Shown: one piece after another, positions 21,419-34,340 of the stretch | How positions within the stretch are numbered: position 1 is the first letter of the stretch | Layout of the letters: every line of letters starts with the position of its first letter | DNA from: Marsupella aquatica | Lineage: Eukaryota; Plantae; Marchantiophyta | Direction of reading: 5' to 3' | DNA: 64,000 nt | Assembly (NCBI GenBank): GCA_973895155.1 | Contig: OZ316893.1 | Location: 27,228,210-27,292,209, forward strand | The notes under the pieces: generated by a model | Seen by the model: only the letters and a program-made list of their open reading frames with translations | The model's database searches: none | What the model was told of the DNA's origin: nothing | Program-made: the position numbers and the translations under genes

Positions 21419-24103
21419 ATGTCTTCAAGTTCGAAGAATCTCATTGTGCGTTTGCTACTGAAACATTGGACTGTCAAACCCAATCCGAAGAGCCCCGCGC
21501 TGGTAGAGAGGGAAAAAAATCTGTTTCTGTATTGGGGAGGTATCCCGTTCAATCGATGGATGCTCTTTCCCGCAGCTTTCCTTATTCAGTTTTGCTGCGG
21601 CTCGTTGTACTCCTGGTCCAACTTCAATAAACCAATTGACGTTCTGATTTATGGGAGTGCGACCGCCAACAAGGCGCCCAACACCTTCTACATTGCTGTA
21701 GGTACGTTTCTGTTATCGCTCCACTCTTTTAAACCTTCAGCTACTTTTCAATCTGCATTTACTGCTCCCGTTTCGTAGAGTGCAGAAAACATACGTGGTC
21801 AAAAGAAGGGAAGTTAGCGAGCACATCCGTTGCTATCTAGTCCTTCGTGATATAAATAAACAAGGAGTGAGCAGAGGATGTCTGTCAGAAACAGTTGCAC
21901 AAGAAAAAGCGTTGACGTTCTTGCACTTCTCTAATTTCCTCCGACGTGGATCTCGTTTGCCATTGATCGCAACCTGCAGTGACAACTATCGATATGTGGA
22001 AATACATTTTCCATTATTTCTTCTTGGCGTTTGTGAGATAGCATGTGTTTCCGCGTGTAAATTGCTTTGAAAGCTAGCCGAGTGACATGTGTTAGGAGAG
22101 TCGATCTCCTCACAGTGAAGTCGAGACGTCGTTGCTGAACTTCCCTTTCAGAATCTACTCTCATGAAACTAAAGTTCCAGAAGCTAGACCAGGATTAAGG
22201 CACTCACTCAGTCTTCTTGCACTCTGTCCAAAATCACAGTCTGGGTAGGATTTAAGAAGCACCACTCGACCCAAAGAAACTATGTATTGATTCGTAACCA
22301 GTATCCAGTATGTTACCCATAGTTTAGTTCTGTGACTGATTGCCGCGGTTCTGTTTTCGTAACTAGCATCCTTCCGACTTGTCAGTATGTCGAGCAACAG
22401 ACTCGTCATGTGCCACAAGCTGTGCTTTATGATGTGAAAAATGCATCCACTTATGTTCATGGCGTTCATGTGCTGGAAATTTATGGTTACTAGATTTTTC
22501 AATTGCTCGAGTTGTTTTGATGTGATTCTAGGCAAGATGGACTTCAGCTCGGTGGACTCCAGAGTTGTTCCCTCTCAGCAAATTCATGAGCTTTGGGACT
22601 GTCAGTTAGAGGACGAAGTGTACAAGAGTTCGAGAGCGCCGATTGTATTCGGACTCCTGTTCAAACTGCAGTATGAGCTATGCGAATTTTGAAATTTCTC
22701 TCGTGAGTTCTAATTATGTTGGTGCTAACGTCGGATGGTTTCCCTTCTCCACTGTAGGAATGTTCGGGTTCACCACTTTTACCCTCGGACCTTGGCTGGA
22801 GCGTTACGGCCCTCGTATGGGTCTCCTCGTCGGCTCTACAGTTTTTGGCCTCGGCAACGCGGTGACAGCCATCTCCCTCCGGGAAAAATCCATCGTCGGT
22901 GTGTACATCGGATATGGAGTTATGGCAGGATTCGGTCTTGGACTCAACTACATATCACCTGTGTCGGCCCTCCAGAAATACTTCCCGGATCACCGAGGAA
23001 TTGCTTCTGGTTTCGCCGTGGCTGGCTTCGGTGCGGGCTCCACTGTCTGGAGTAAGGTTTACCTCCCTCTCATAGACGCTTACAAACTCCCTTGGACCTT
23101 CGGAATCCTTGCCTTCGTTCAGACGGGAGCCATGTTGATTGCTGCCATCGTCATGCGCACTCCGCCAGTGGACTTTACTGTGCGCGGGCTGACTGTCCGT
23201 GGTGACTTGGTTGTCGATAACGAGGGCTTCAAGAATCAGGCCAAAGTCATGGAGCAAGACGTGGAGAAGAACGCTCCTCCACCCGGGGTCAAACCCGGAG
23301 CCAACATCCAGATCGGACTCATTGAGTCCATGTTCTCTGCCGACTTCGCTTTCATGTACTTGATGTTCTTTGCCAACCAGCTCTTCGGTCTCGTCGTCCT
23401 TTCAAGGCTGTCTAACATGTGCCAAGATATTTTTCAACAAACAGCGACCGAAGGATCCAACGTTGTGTCCATCAATGGCGTCTTCAATTTCTTGGGGCGT
23501 CTCTCCCTCCCTTTGCTGGGAGATGCGGCGATTAGAAGGTTCCGAGCCAATCCTCCCTATACCAGAAAGGTCACTTTCTTCTTCACTTTGATCACGCAGA
23601 TTTCAATCCTGGCTGCCATGCGCCATGTTATTCACACTCGCAACTACGCTGCGTTCCGCGGGCTCATTTGGACCATCACTTTCGTATATGGAGGCGGTTT
23701 TGGTACTATTCCATGTTTCCTGACAGACATGTTCGGACCCTACAACATCGGTGCTCTCCATGGGCTGATCCTTACCGCATGGTCCATTGCTGGCGTTGGA
23801 GGTGGCCTGGGGTTCACTCACCTCTACAACAACCATAAACCAGCTACTCTCGCCAAAGGTCTGAAGTATCCCCCCGGCGCATTTGATAAAGCTTATACTG
23901 CCAATCTCACGTGGATCCATATTGTGATGGGTTGTGGTGTGGTCATGCTTTTCTTCGTGCGCACAGACTACCTTGACCGCACCAGCCCGGGATGGAGGTT
24001 TAGCATTTTTGGCAGGAAGGTGGCTCACCTCTTCCCCAACTCTAAATCAAGCCATGCTGTCCAGCCGACTGACAGAGAAGATCAATCCAACGGCACGCTA
24101 TAG
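21419..24103 (+). CDS. MFS transporter, oxalate/formate antiporter (OFA)-like; exons 21419..21701 and 22758..24103, 542 aa
   Basis: A phase-1 intron GTACGT...GCTAAC...CTGTAG joins two hydrophobic ORFs in frame. Motifs GSLYSWSNFNKPI, GPWLERYGPR, GFGLGLNYISPVSALQKYFPDHRGIASGFAVAGFGAG, NFLGRL, YGGGFGTIPCFLTDMFGPYNIGALHGLILTAWSIAG. About 12 TM segments. Confidence 0.92.
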
Positions 24104-24739
24104 TGAAGTACAGTAAGTAATTCTAACAGTAAGTGTTCTGGAGAATGCGCGCAAGATTGGACTCATTCCTAAACCCAATGTCTGCCACATCCAGGCTACA
24201 GCCAGGAGCCTCCTTCAGGTCCTTCGTGAGGCTGAGGCTTAATCGAAATGACCTCGTCATTTCCAGAGTGTCGTTGGGGTTAGTTGACATTGTGGGTGTA
24301 ACATTGATAGCAAGGTACGCATAGATTGCATATCAATTCTATGCCGAAATCAATCATCTGCTATACTCAGAGATCGTCGATGTCATTAGAGCAATAGCTA
24401 CAGTAGCGCCACTGGCCAGGGCCAGAGACGTGAATCACCTCCTAGAGTGCGTATCCTCGATGTTCTTAGATCAATGATATTTAAGCAACTACAATAGTTA
24501 TGGTAGCTCCACTGGCTCTGTCTCTATTCCTCGGCATCATTTCATATATACACTCGAAACCGGGGGGAATAGATTTCAAATCGTATCACGAATCGAGTAG
24601 TAGACACTCAGCCGCCATTCATGTTACAATGGTTTCCCATACGGCCATTTCTAGCAGGTCGACTCATGTCTCTCCACTTTCGGATCTGCATCATTTACAC
24701 CGATTCCACATGCGCAGTTCTATATTGAAACTGTTCTTT

Positions 24740-25400
24740 CGCAAAATTCCCACATTGCAATTCTTTGCAAAATTCCCACTAGCATTGCAGAATTCCCACA
24801 TTGCGGTTCCAGCTGGAATTGGTTCTTGGCAGAATTCCCACATTGCTGGTTTCAGCTGGAAACATTTCTTAGCGTAAATTCCACTTTGCAGTCTCCAGCA
24901 GGGAAAATTTTCTTCCATTGCTGGACACATAACTTAGCATAAATTCCACATTTTGCAGTCTCCAGCAGGGAAAAATAATTTAATTGATTGTCGCGGTTTC
25001 CAGCTGGAAACATTACTGAGCATAAATTCCACATTGCAGTCTCCAGCAGGGAAAATTTCCGTCCATTGAATGTCGCGGTTCCCAGCTGGAACCATAACTT
25101 AGCATAAATACACATTGCCGTCTCCAGCAGGGAAATTTTCCGTCCATTGATTGTCGCGGTTCTCAGCTGGAACCAAAACTTAGCAAGTTAGCATAAATAC
25201 ACATTGCAGTCTCCAACAGGGAAAATTTCCTTCCATTGATTGTCGTGGTTCCCAGCTGGAAACAATACTTCGCATAAATACGTATTGCAGTCTCCAGCAG
25301 GGAAATTTTCCTTCATTGATTGTCGCCGTTCTCAGCAGGAAACATTTATTCGCAAAAATTACACTTGCAGTCTCCAGGCTCCAGCTGGGAAAAGTTTCTT
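24740..25400. repeat. Tandem minisatellite, ~80-bp unit x7, preceded by shorter AATTCCCACATTGC units
   Basis: GCAGTCTCCAGCAGGGAAAA core near 24888, 24956, 25037, 25117, 25206, 25286 and 25367. Confidence 0.92.
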
Positions 25401-26086
25401 CGATTGAGTGTTGCAGTCTGCCAAACTTGACGACATCTGACTTCAGCGTTCAGTTTTGTACAGTGCAACAGCACTTACGTACCAACTCACTGTACATAAT
25501 TATCCCGGGTCTGTCGGTGATTGACCTCATACCAGGTAATCTTGAGTCGCTTGAAGACTTAATTCGCTTGACAAATCTCAATATCAGAATCATGGCACTC
25601 AAGTCCACTTGCATATTCACTGTCAACGCATGATTTGTGATTCCCTAGTTCGTGTAAACTGGAGACTGCAATTTGTCTTTTCTGTTAACCTTGGAATTAA
25701 AGTTTCGGCTAGGACACCATACATTTCATGCCAGGAGGAATAGACACATCCTGGCTGAGTGATACCTTTGGCAAGTGATGTTTATTATTTATAAGAGAAC
25801 GATTTCTTACCGGAAAAGTTGAATTGATGCGAGGCTGGACCACCTGTTTATCGAGAGGATCTGGATCGACTTTTCGAGATTGAAAAATGTGAGCATTTGT
25901 TGAAATGCTTATCTAAGTTTAAACTAACATTTGAATATCTTGCAGGGGAGCTTAAGTGGTCCATTCAAGCATCTTGTCTAACATTGTGATCTATGGGACA
26001 GGTTGCAACAAAAGTGAATTTGTTTCTATGTGTAGTATATTCCTCTAAAACAATTTAGTTAATATGAAGAGAGATTGGGTCAAAGG

Positions 26087-26417
26087 CTTTCAGTCCTTCC
26101 AGTGATTGTGTGCTCAAGCTTTCAAGAGCAATCCTAGATCTCTAGCTATGAGTACTAGTGGTCCACAGGAGAGGCCTGGGCCCTTGCAATATCCATGTCC
26201 CACTTGCAGACTTAGTTACACTAGATGTGGACCCTTAGTTTATCACACCATATGTGTACCATTAGCTCATCACACAATCTTCATCTCCTATTTGTCCTCT
26301 TTCTAGATTTCTGGGTTTGCATTTGCCCTCTTCTTTTTGAGTTTTTTTGAGTTTGCTGTTTGTCCTTTGTGTACCTTTTTTGCTTTAAGTCAGTTGTACT
26401 TTGTTTTTGGCCTTTTT
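26087..26417 (+). mobile_element. Old 5'-truncated copy of the CRE family (ORF C-terminus plus 3' UTR)
   Basis: Colinear matches to 4857-5222: GTGCTCAAGCT, GATCTCT..CTAGTG, TGTCCCACTTGC.GA..TAGTT, GATGT.GACC, and terminal TGTACT...TTGGCCTTTTT. Degenerate flanking duplication AAGAGAGATTGGGTCAAAGG / AAGAAAATTGCTCAAAGG. Confidence 0.75.
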
Positions 26418-27067
26418 AAGAAAATTGCTCAAAGGTAGCAAACTAAAGAAATAGTTGTGTATTGTGAAGGAGAAACAAGGGTTTCAAGATGCAAGGAATA
26501 GGAAGTATTGATAGAGAGTCACTTTAGTGGTTGTTTTACGCCTTTTGCTCTTGGCTGACTTTTGGATTTCTAGTGCATATCTAGGTCCATGTGGCTAGTG
26601 AGTTTGCTTGCCAAAAGAGGAGTCCAACAATTGGGTTTTGTGAAAAAATGAGGCCAAATTACAATATTTGAAACCGAGTTTTGGCTAGCAAATGAGTAAG
26701 TTTGCTAGCAAACTGGTGGTTATGTAGGAGTTTTTCCTCTATGAGGAAAAAAAACTATCAATGGTTCTTTGAGTACCCAAGGAGAACCAGCCTAGACTTA
26801 AACAATCCTATGCATAGGAGGGCTAAAAAGTGAAAGCTGTCCATCTGGATGCCTCAAGTCCTACAACTCCACTCCTCTTTAAAAGGTAAATGCCTCAGCC
26901 CACTATAGTGCAATCACAACACATTGCTTACAAAAGGTGGTGAGGACTGAAACGTACAGGCAATTACTGCCTGCACTGCACACAATAGACCAGTTGGGAG
27001 TGTAGATGTTTGGGTCCATCTGGTTGATCAACAAGACAGTGATAGCCTTCTTCCCAATAAAATTGAA

Positions 27068-27170
27068 CTAGCCCAATGCCTGTGTGTTGTATTGTTGTCA
27101 CTGCGGCTGTGTCATCATTACAATTGGGTTGGCATTGTGGAGGTATTGTTGGCACATACATTGTCTTGTT
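27068..27170 (-). mobile_element. Third Helitron 3' terminus
   Basis: The minus strand reads CAATACAACACACAGGCATTGGGCTAG|T, matching the ends at 6894 and 19699. Confidence 0.6.
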
Positions 27171-27530
27171 GTGGAAAGTGTGTCATTGTGGAGGGTTTGT
27201 CCTTAAATGACAAGTATTCTCCTTGTATAGGTGTTGTCATTGCATAAAATCAGCTTCGTTGAATGGTCGCAGATGGTTGCAAAGTGATCAAGCAGGGGTT
27301 GTCAAATGATCCGGATGACTGCAATTTGAAATTGGAGATAGAAGATGTGTTTGGGTAGAGAGAAGTGAGGCAAGAGTTTGAAGCATGAGTTGAGCGAGAC
27401 TAGAGTAGAGACCAGGGCAGGTCCAACAAAGATGTTGGTACAAAACAATGATTAACCCCCTGTTTTCTTCTCCCCTCTTATAGTACATCTTCCTTCCCTC
27501 CCCACACCCCCTTCTCATTGGGCAAACAAC

Positions 27531-27832
27531 TGCACTCAAAGAGAATAGACAATGTATAACATTCAGTGAGTACACAAGCAATTATTTGACACAAGAGATA
27601 CATGGCTCACCTCACCAGAAACAATGTCCTAGGGAACACACAATGAGAGCTTTTTTGAGCTCTAAGCCTGTTGGCCATACCAAGTCTTCACAAACTAAGT
27701 TATCCTCTTTTAGATGACTCTGTCACAATGAGCCCAGTTTCACTAACAAGCTAAGTCCTCCTAGTGAATATGGTAGTCACACATCTAACCTTAAGGAAGA
27801 ACACGACTACGGTTAGACCACCCCTTCTTACA
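27531..27832 (-). mobile_element. Diverged LTR of the same family as the two solo LTRs, preceded by a purine tract
   Basis: Minus strand: TGTAAG start, GGCTCATTGT, GACTTGGTATGGCCAACAGGCTTAGAG, GAGGTGAGCCATGTATCTCTTGTGTC, TTGTCTATTCTC. Purine run GAGAGGGGAGGGAAAGAGGAGGGAAA lies immediately upstream. No TSD was found. Confidence 0.7.
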
Positions 27833-28329
27833 TTTCCCTCCTCTTTCCCTCCCCTCTCTCCCTAAGACCTCCTCCGTCTCCCCTTTCTGAGGAAAGAAAA
27901 CCTGAAAATCAGGTGCAAGTTGTTGACAATGTGGGATGCACCAGTCGACAAAAAATATTGGTAAGCTGTAAGCAGGTGGTTAGGGCCTGCCCCACACACT
28001 ATAGACCCTAAGTTACTTTAGTGCAGCCACATGGGTCCATCTGTTTATCATGACACAATGCTCTCCAATTGATAATTATTTTCCACTTCAAATGCCATTC
28101 TTGCTTAGTTGTTGGCTTGGAAGGTAAAGTAATGAACCTGGTGATTAGTTTAATGCAGAAAGGCACATCTAGCCTTTCTATTAAATACCATTGTCATCCT
28201 GGTTCATGCACTACCTGTGCAAAACATGACTTAGTTTTCATTCAAAGAAACAACTCTAGGCCAGAATACTATTCTCCTCATTTCATTTCTTTCATTTCAG
28301 TGTATACACATTAACAAAATATCTATTTT

Positions 28330-28720
28330 CATGTCCCTCAGGCCTTCTTCAAATCCATAGGAGACAACCAGAACTAAGAGCCTTCACACTCATTGGTAAA
28401 TAGGGCAGTCATATGCAAAATGGCAGTGTCAGTCCACCATAAAAAAAAATGAAGCCCATATGCCTCGTATCACCAAAGTCAAGGGCAGGCCTTGCCAATT
28501 TTTTTCTCTGGGCTGCAGAAGTGGCCAGAGGAAGTGGCATGCAAATCATCCTGACTGAATGGATCCAATTTAGATTGTGCTTGCCATACATAGGATGTGA
28601 TCATGACGGTAGAGCCTCCGTGATCCTGTGCTGTCAAAATGACTCAGTAGTCCATTTGGCCCAGTTCTCTCATGGGAGGCCGGACTGCCCAAAGTGCAAA
28701 AGTGTATATTACAATTTGTG
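28330..28720 (-). pseudogene. Possible very old LINE (RTE-like) C-terminal Zn-knuckle remnant
   Basis: Across frames: QPREK/K.GKAC ... HFAYDCPIYQ*V, resembling the C..C....EDE.H....CP.Y...R motif. Confidence 0.3.
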
Positions 28721-29493
28721 AAAAGGAGATTTTGGAGGATATAAGATTGTGTGTTGGGGATTTAAAAAGTCAGAGCTTTTGTGAGTGGGTAGCTTGAACT
28801 TAAGGGTTCAAACTCAACAATTTTCAGCTCAAACAAAGTTCACCTTGTCACGCAGTAACATATTGAGTTTAATACAAAAAATTAACATGCTGTAGATTTT
28901 AGGGTGCCAGAGTCAAGCAGGGCACCGTGGGTGAGGTGGACCCAATGTTGACTGCTATGGTGTTACTGCATTTTAAGAATTTCAAACTGTCCACTGTCAA
29001 ATAGGTCTGGTGAAGTCCAAAATAGATCTTTGGCTCCATCAGGTCCTGAAAATAGCAGCAGGGGCCTGGTCAAGTTCAGAGCTTTTGGAGTTGAACAACT
29101 CAATTGACCTCTCATAACACTCATAGTAAATTTATGTCCAATGTACTCTACTACTACAATAAGGAATCACCAAAAGTATAACGCTTGCGTAGCAAGTCCT
29201 TAGGACCACAAAATGCTCTTCACATGGAAAGGGAAAAAAGATTGAAGCCACTGACAAAATATGCCACCCACTAGAGAAGCCAATCATTCCCGCGTGATGA
29301 GAAAATCTTCTTCGCTAGTCCAATTTGAACTATCGCTAGCTAGCTTGCCATTAGGTACTGGTTGCTCGTATATACTAATTTTCCTTTGGGTCCTGTGTGC
29401 ATTTCAGTTCATCAATTGAGCCCAAAGTTACCTTCGTCTCAATGTCCAGCTGTATTATATCCATCAGGAAGATACTTCAATCCAATTGCTAGT

Positions 29494-30510
29494 TGCCAAT
29501 ACCAGTCTTATGATTCGCAGTCATGCCAATACCAGTCTTATGATTCGCAGTCAGGCCAAGACCTCAATTCATGAAACACTTACTTGTCGTTGGTGTCTAA
29601 GATTTGGCCGAGATTTATATTGAGCTACTCGTCGCGAAAAGAGACACTGCTGATAGCGAATCAACCTTTGCTAGTGGTGGTTCCCCGCTTACAAGATATC
29701 AGCTCCTTCGTTGTCCCAACCTAAGTAATTACTGGACTGTATGAATAAGGGGTACCCACTTTAGAAGCAATCAAGAAACACAGTAAACAACACCCATTTT
29801 ATCCGTAGATGAGGCATCATTTTAGTAGTAGCAACAACCGAACCAGAGCACGTGAACTTTCGAACCAGGAAGTGACTTCAGCAAGCTAATTCGTAGTAGA
29901 ACACAGCGAAGTGGAATGTGGAGTAAACCACTCTGCAAGGACGCAGTGTGCTCCGGGTACAACCTAAATCCTATGACGAGGGCAACTAGGCTTGGAACCT
30001 GCGTACCACCATGTTCTTTCCGTCCTATAACTAGTGGACGGTGAGAGATAAATTGGAACGTTTACAGCGTAAATGGAACAGAAGTAACGCGTGCTGAATC
30101 ATCAAGTTCACACCATCATTCAAGTACGAATAAGACATTCTCGTAGCAACAGCAGAAAAGTTACCGGGGCACAAATTGAGGTCTGTGCAATGTGGGGTGA
30201 AATTTTGAGGCAGCTCAATAGCTGTGATTGTCGGCTAATTGATTAGATAACAATTAATTACAATGTTCCTACCAAAAGAAGTACCGGGCCTCCTTGTGGC
30301 AGGTTTGAAAGAGAGCCACACTACCGAAGGCTGTGAAGGGCAGACTCAAGCGGCTTACTGGGGAACATCATGACGCCACAAACTCACAATAAGCTGATCT
30401 AAATGAGAATAAAGGATTGGGGAAGGCTGTGACTGGCAGACTCTAGCCAACCATTGAGGGAACATCATGAACCCCACAAATCAACTCAAGTTGCTCTCTA
30501 GTGAGAGTAA
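29494..30510. repeat. Small tandem duplications downstream of PUX2
   Basis: Exact 30-bp duplication TGCCAATACCAGTCTTATGATTCGCAGTCA at 29494-29553. A ~95-bp imperfect duplication starts GAAGGCTGTGA..GGCAGACTC at about 30327 and 30422. Confidence 0.85.
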
Positions 30511-31086
30511 GATCTATTTGGTGGCAGTTAAAACTTTTGCAAACACGGCTCTACAGAATGCAGACTTTGCTACACCAAGTAGCTATACTTTATCTCCAAC
30601 ATGTGGTTTGCTGCGAGCGAAGACAATATTGAGAAATATTTGACGCCTTTTGACAGTCTGCTGCACGTGTCCTCTTGTTCTGACGAACTTCAGTCCATTG
30701 CCTCTCTCTCCGATATGTGCTTTGGTGAGAAAGTCTGCTCCTTTTGTCCTCGTGACGAACTCGATCCCATGAGCAATCTCGCCAATATTTAGTTTGCCGA
30801 GAGCTAAGCTATGCGAGGAAAATGTATGTCAGGGCTCGACATGCTCAACAGTGTGCTCCTTGTATCTTCCCTTTTGACGAACTTGACCCCATTTGAGAGT
30901 CCAAGAGATGATGATGTGCAGAATGACGAGTCGAGGGAGTGCACAAACACTTGCCATATAATAGGTCACAGGATTCAAACCACGTACGATAGGAAAAACA
31001 TCCTCCGGACTTATGATATATCAAACACACCTAAAGACACAACCAGGATCACTGTAGAGTCCCTGGCTCCAAAAGCGTTGTCGAAC

Positions 31087-34000
31087 TCATAAAGGTTCGC
31101 ACAACTCATAGCATTCACCTTTTAGGCATGTATAACCCTGGGGCCCTGTGGCATTGAACTGAAGCAATGCCTTCGGAACTAAGTCGGCATCCTCCATAGT
31201 GGGACAACGTCCATTAGCGTCCGCTCTCTTGGGGATCACTCTGTGCCTGGTTCCTGCGGGCGAGACGAGATCAAATGTCTCGCTACTGTCCCTCAAGCAC
31301 GATGCCACAAACTGCAAGACAAGAAATATAGACCACCAATCAGCAATCTATCTTTATCAACAGCCATACTCTGACCAAGTATAGGCCGGTTAGATACAGA
31401 AACCTTTTTTGAAAAAAAAAAAATCACGATTTATTCCGCGTGAACCCCACGGATGGGGGGACCAGAAACGTTTCAATCTTAATTCACATCACAACACATA
31501 CAGTCTCAGATCCGCCAAGCTTGAAAAAGGGCATTCACGTTTGTGGTGTCGAGGTCTTTTTCATCTTAACCAAAATCCAGGTTTTGGCCTGCTACTTTCG
31601 TAGCGGTCTGGAACGAAAGTACAGAATGAAATGAGAGAATCTGAAGAGAGGAACCCTTCAAGCAAACTCTGCATGCACACTACCATGATTTTCTGCTGCG
31701 CATTAAAGCATTTATCGATATACAGCCTAAATAATTTCCCCCCAGGAAACCTAGGCAGTAAGGAAAACAGTGATGAATTGGAATCGAAGAGTACTGGATT
31801 ACTCTTCATTCGTAAGCGGTGACTATGACAAGTAAGAAAGACTTCCTTATAATGGGATGCTAACCCTGTCTTTGTCTTTTCAGCAGTAAGTATGTTGTGA
31901 GCAAGTCTAAAAATGTAGGGATTGTTTGCCTAATTCAATGCCACGCAGTCTCGCAGCATTATTCTACCAGCCTGTGACCATGAAGATATGAAACGTGGAT
32001 ATGGAGAATGCCTGTAAGACGGATTTCAGGTCAGGTAATGGGTAGGGGACAGAAACGTTGGGACCAGAATGACGCATGGCGGGTCCAGTGCTACATAAGT
32101 GAACGACATCTAAAGGGCTCTTCACCTTCAAGGAAACCATACTTATCGACCCAAGCACTCTAGACACCAGCTAATCCAATTTCAAGAACATATAAAGGTC
32201 CTATGGTTTCTCGACAAGTGGACATACATTAATTAGTTCTTCAACAGACCAGAAGCTAGCTTACCTCATAAAGTCTACTTGTCGGCTCTCCTGGCTTGAA
32301 GAAGCCTTGAACAATTAGGCTGTCAGGAAGTTGAACACGTACGACTGTGCACTTATATCGCCTCTTCGCTAGAGCCGCTTGCTTCTCCTTCCAGGATTTG
32401 GGAATCAACATTTGAGAATCCTCAAGCTTTTTCCGGCGGACCGCAGCTTCATTTTTCAATTCAGTCGAAGAAAGGTTGTAGAATGAATCAGGTACTTCGA
32501 ATTTACCCCCAGAATGATCTTTTGAAGGGACGAATACACGTAGCTGTTGGCAACAGAAAAGAAAGTCAATATCTATCCGGGTAAATATAATTTGCTGTCA
32601 CTCCAGCCGAGGAACCAATCTAGTCGGACGATAAATGGATTTCCAACGAGGTAAAGTCTAGTGGAAAATACAGTTGATTCCATGATCGATGCTAGATCAT
32701 GCTCATGTCACTAGCTTCTGGACTTTTATTGAAAAAAACTGATTCACATAACTCTACTCCACGACAGTCCAATGCCCTCCAATGAAAAACCATACTCAAG
32801 ACAAGAACCAAACCCGTCACCATTTCTGGCAGAAAGGAGACAAACGAGAAAAGCTCAAAACTGAGTCTACAAAGGGAAAACAGAAACTAACGAGGATAAC
32901 ACGAGCTTTATATAAGCTATGGGTATCTCAGCTATGAATAACTGGTGCACATCGCAAGAAGGGAGACTCATTCAAAAGCGAAGATTATACCTTTCTATCG
33001 AAGATTTCCGGAATATCTGCAGGTGGCGCACCGGGCAGAAGTGAGGAGTCTACAGCTGGCGAAGTCGCTGTTGCAGACTCGTAAGAATCTAAGTAAGCTA
33101 TAGCAGACTGTATCCTCTCCCGCTTCTCGGAACTGGGCCGCTCCATTATAAGGTTTTTCTCCTGCCCGTCGACAACTAACCGAAATCCAATACTCTCGCA
33201 AAACTTCAACCCGCCGATTGCGCTTCCAATAGTCTCCTTGACCTTCTGATTACTCAGCCGCAACGTTCGATACTTTTCCTCGTTAGGGGAGTTCAAAATG
33301 TTGCGGAAGACACGTAAAAGCACTTGAATCGTATCCTGTGAAGGGCCTCCAGATAGAAAGATCGCAACGGCATCGTCGAGGTCCTCCATAACGTGCCCCT
33401 CTGGCTCCCGTGGACGAGCAGCGTTCTCCTCCTGTCCGATCGACAACCGGGCCAATTCCGAGTGCGCTCCTCCTGTACAATCGTCAATATGGGCGGACAC
33501 TTGTGCCTCCGACTGCCACCACATTCGACAAATAGGGCACTGAAATTTGCCCTTACCCTGAGGCTCCACAACTCTGGTGCCAATGCTGCCAGAAACAGAT
33601 GGACGATGTGATGTTCCAGAAGCAATTATGGGGCTGTAAGGGTCGAACTCTTGCCCAGAACCGAACTCGGCCGAAGAATAAGAAGGTGGAGGGGGCAAAT
33701 TGCCAACCTGTACAGTTCCTCTCAACTCCCTCTCGACACTAATCCCCTCCGGAGTGGGAGACCTCACAGAGGCTGCGGCTGAAGCAACTGAGCCTCCCGC
33801 CTGTATCACATGCTCCGCCTGGGTCCTGATCGGAGGCTGCTGATATGGAAGGCCTTGCTGATACGGTGGCTGCTGATATTGAGGTTGCTGATACTGGGAC
33901 TGCTGATACGGAGGTTGCTGGTAGGGAGGTTGTTGCTGATATGCAGGTTGCTGCTGCTGATACGGAGGTTGCCGGTGTGGAGGTTGTTGCTGATATGCAG

Positions 34001-34340
34001 GTTGTTGATATGGAGTTTGAGCAGGGGCAATTCCGTTCGCTCGAGCCCATCTCTCTTGCTGCAATCTTCTCAATTCGTTTTGCTGCTGTTGCTGCTGCTG
34101 GTATCCCGGTCCTAATTTTCTACAGCTACCTCCTCCATTACAAGAGCCAGTAGGTGCCGCACCAGACGAAGGTTGCTCGCCACTGCCACCGAGTCGATGA
34201 CCCTGGCCCTTGAATGCCTGCGAGCAGCTGCTGCCACCGGCTTTCGAGGTAGATCCAAATGCACTAGTTACATTCTTGAAGAACCCTTTGGCCTTATTTT
34301 TCACATCCTCAACCTTCTCCTTCACCTTGGCGTCATCCAT
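31087..34340 (-). CDS. PUX2: Plant UBX domain-containing protein 2 (C2HC Zn finger, PUB, UBX); exons 34340..32991, 32543..32265, 31311..31087; 617 aa
   Basis: N-terminus [22 protein letters not shown] and FKGQGHRLG (SHP-like). [109 protein letters not shown]. All introns are GT-AG, phase 0. Confidence 0.93.
31404..31462 (-). mobile_element. 59-bp retroposed 3'-end micro-insertion in PUX2 intron 2
   Basis: Flanked by CAGAAAC (31397-31403 and 31463-31469). The minus strand has CCCCATCCGTGGGGTTCA..GAATAAA then T/A runs. TGAACCCCACGGA is shared with the L1 3' end at about 43008. Confidence 0.7.

Noticed and set aside
22643-22757. N-terminus of the 486-aa ORF
   Set aside because: Intronic: it lies before the CTGTAG acceptor at 22757. 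The real N-terminus is exon 21419..21701.
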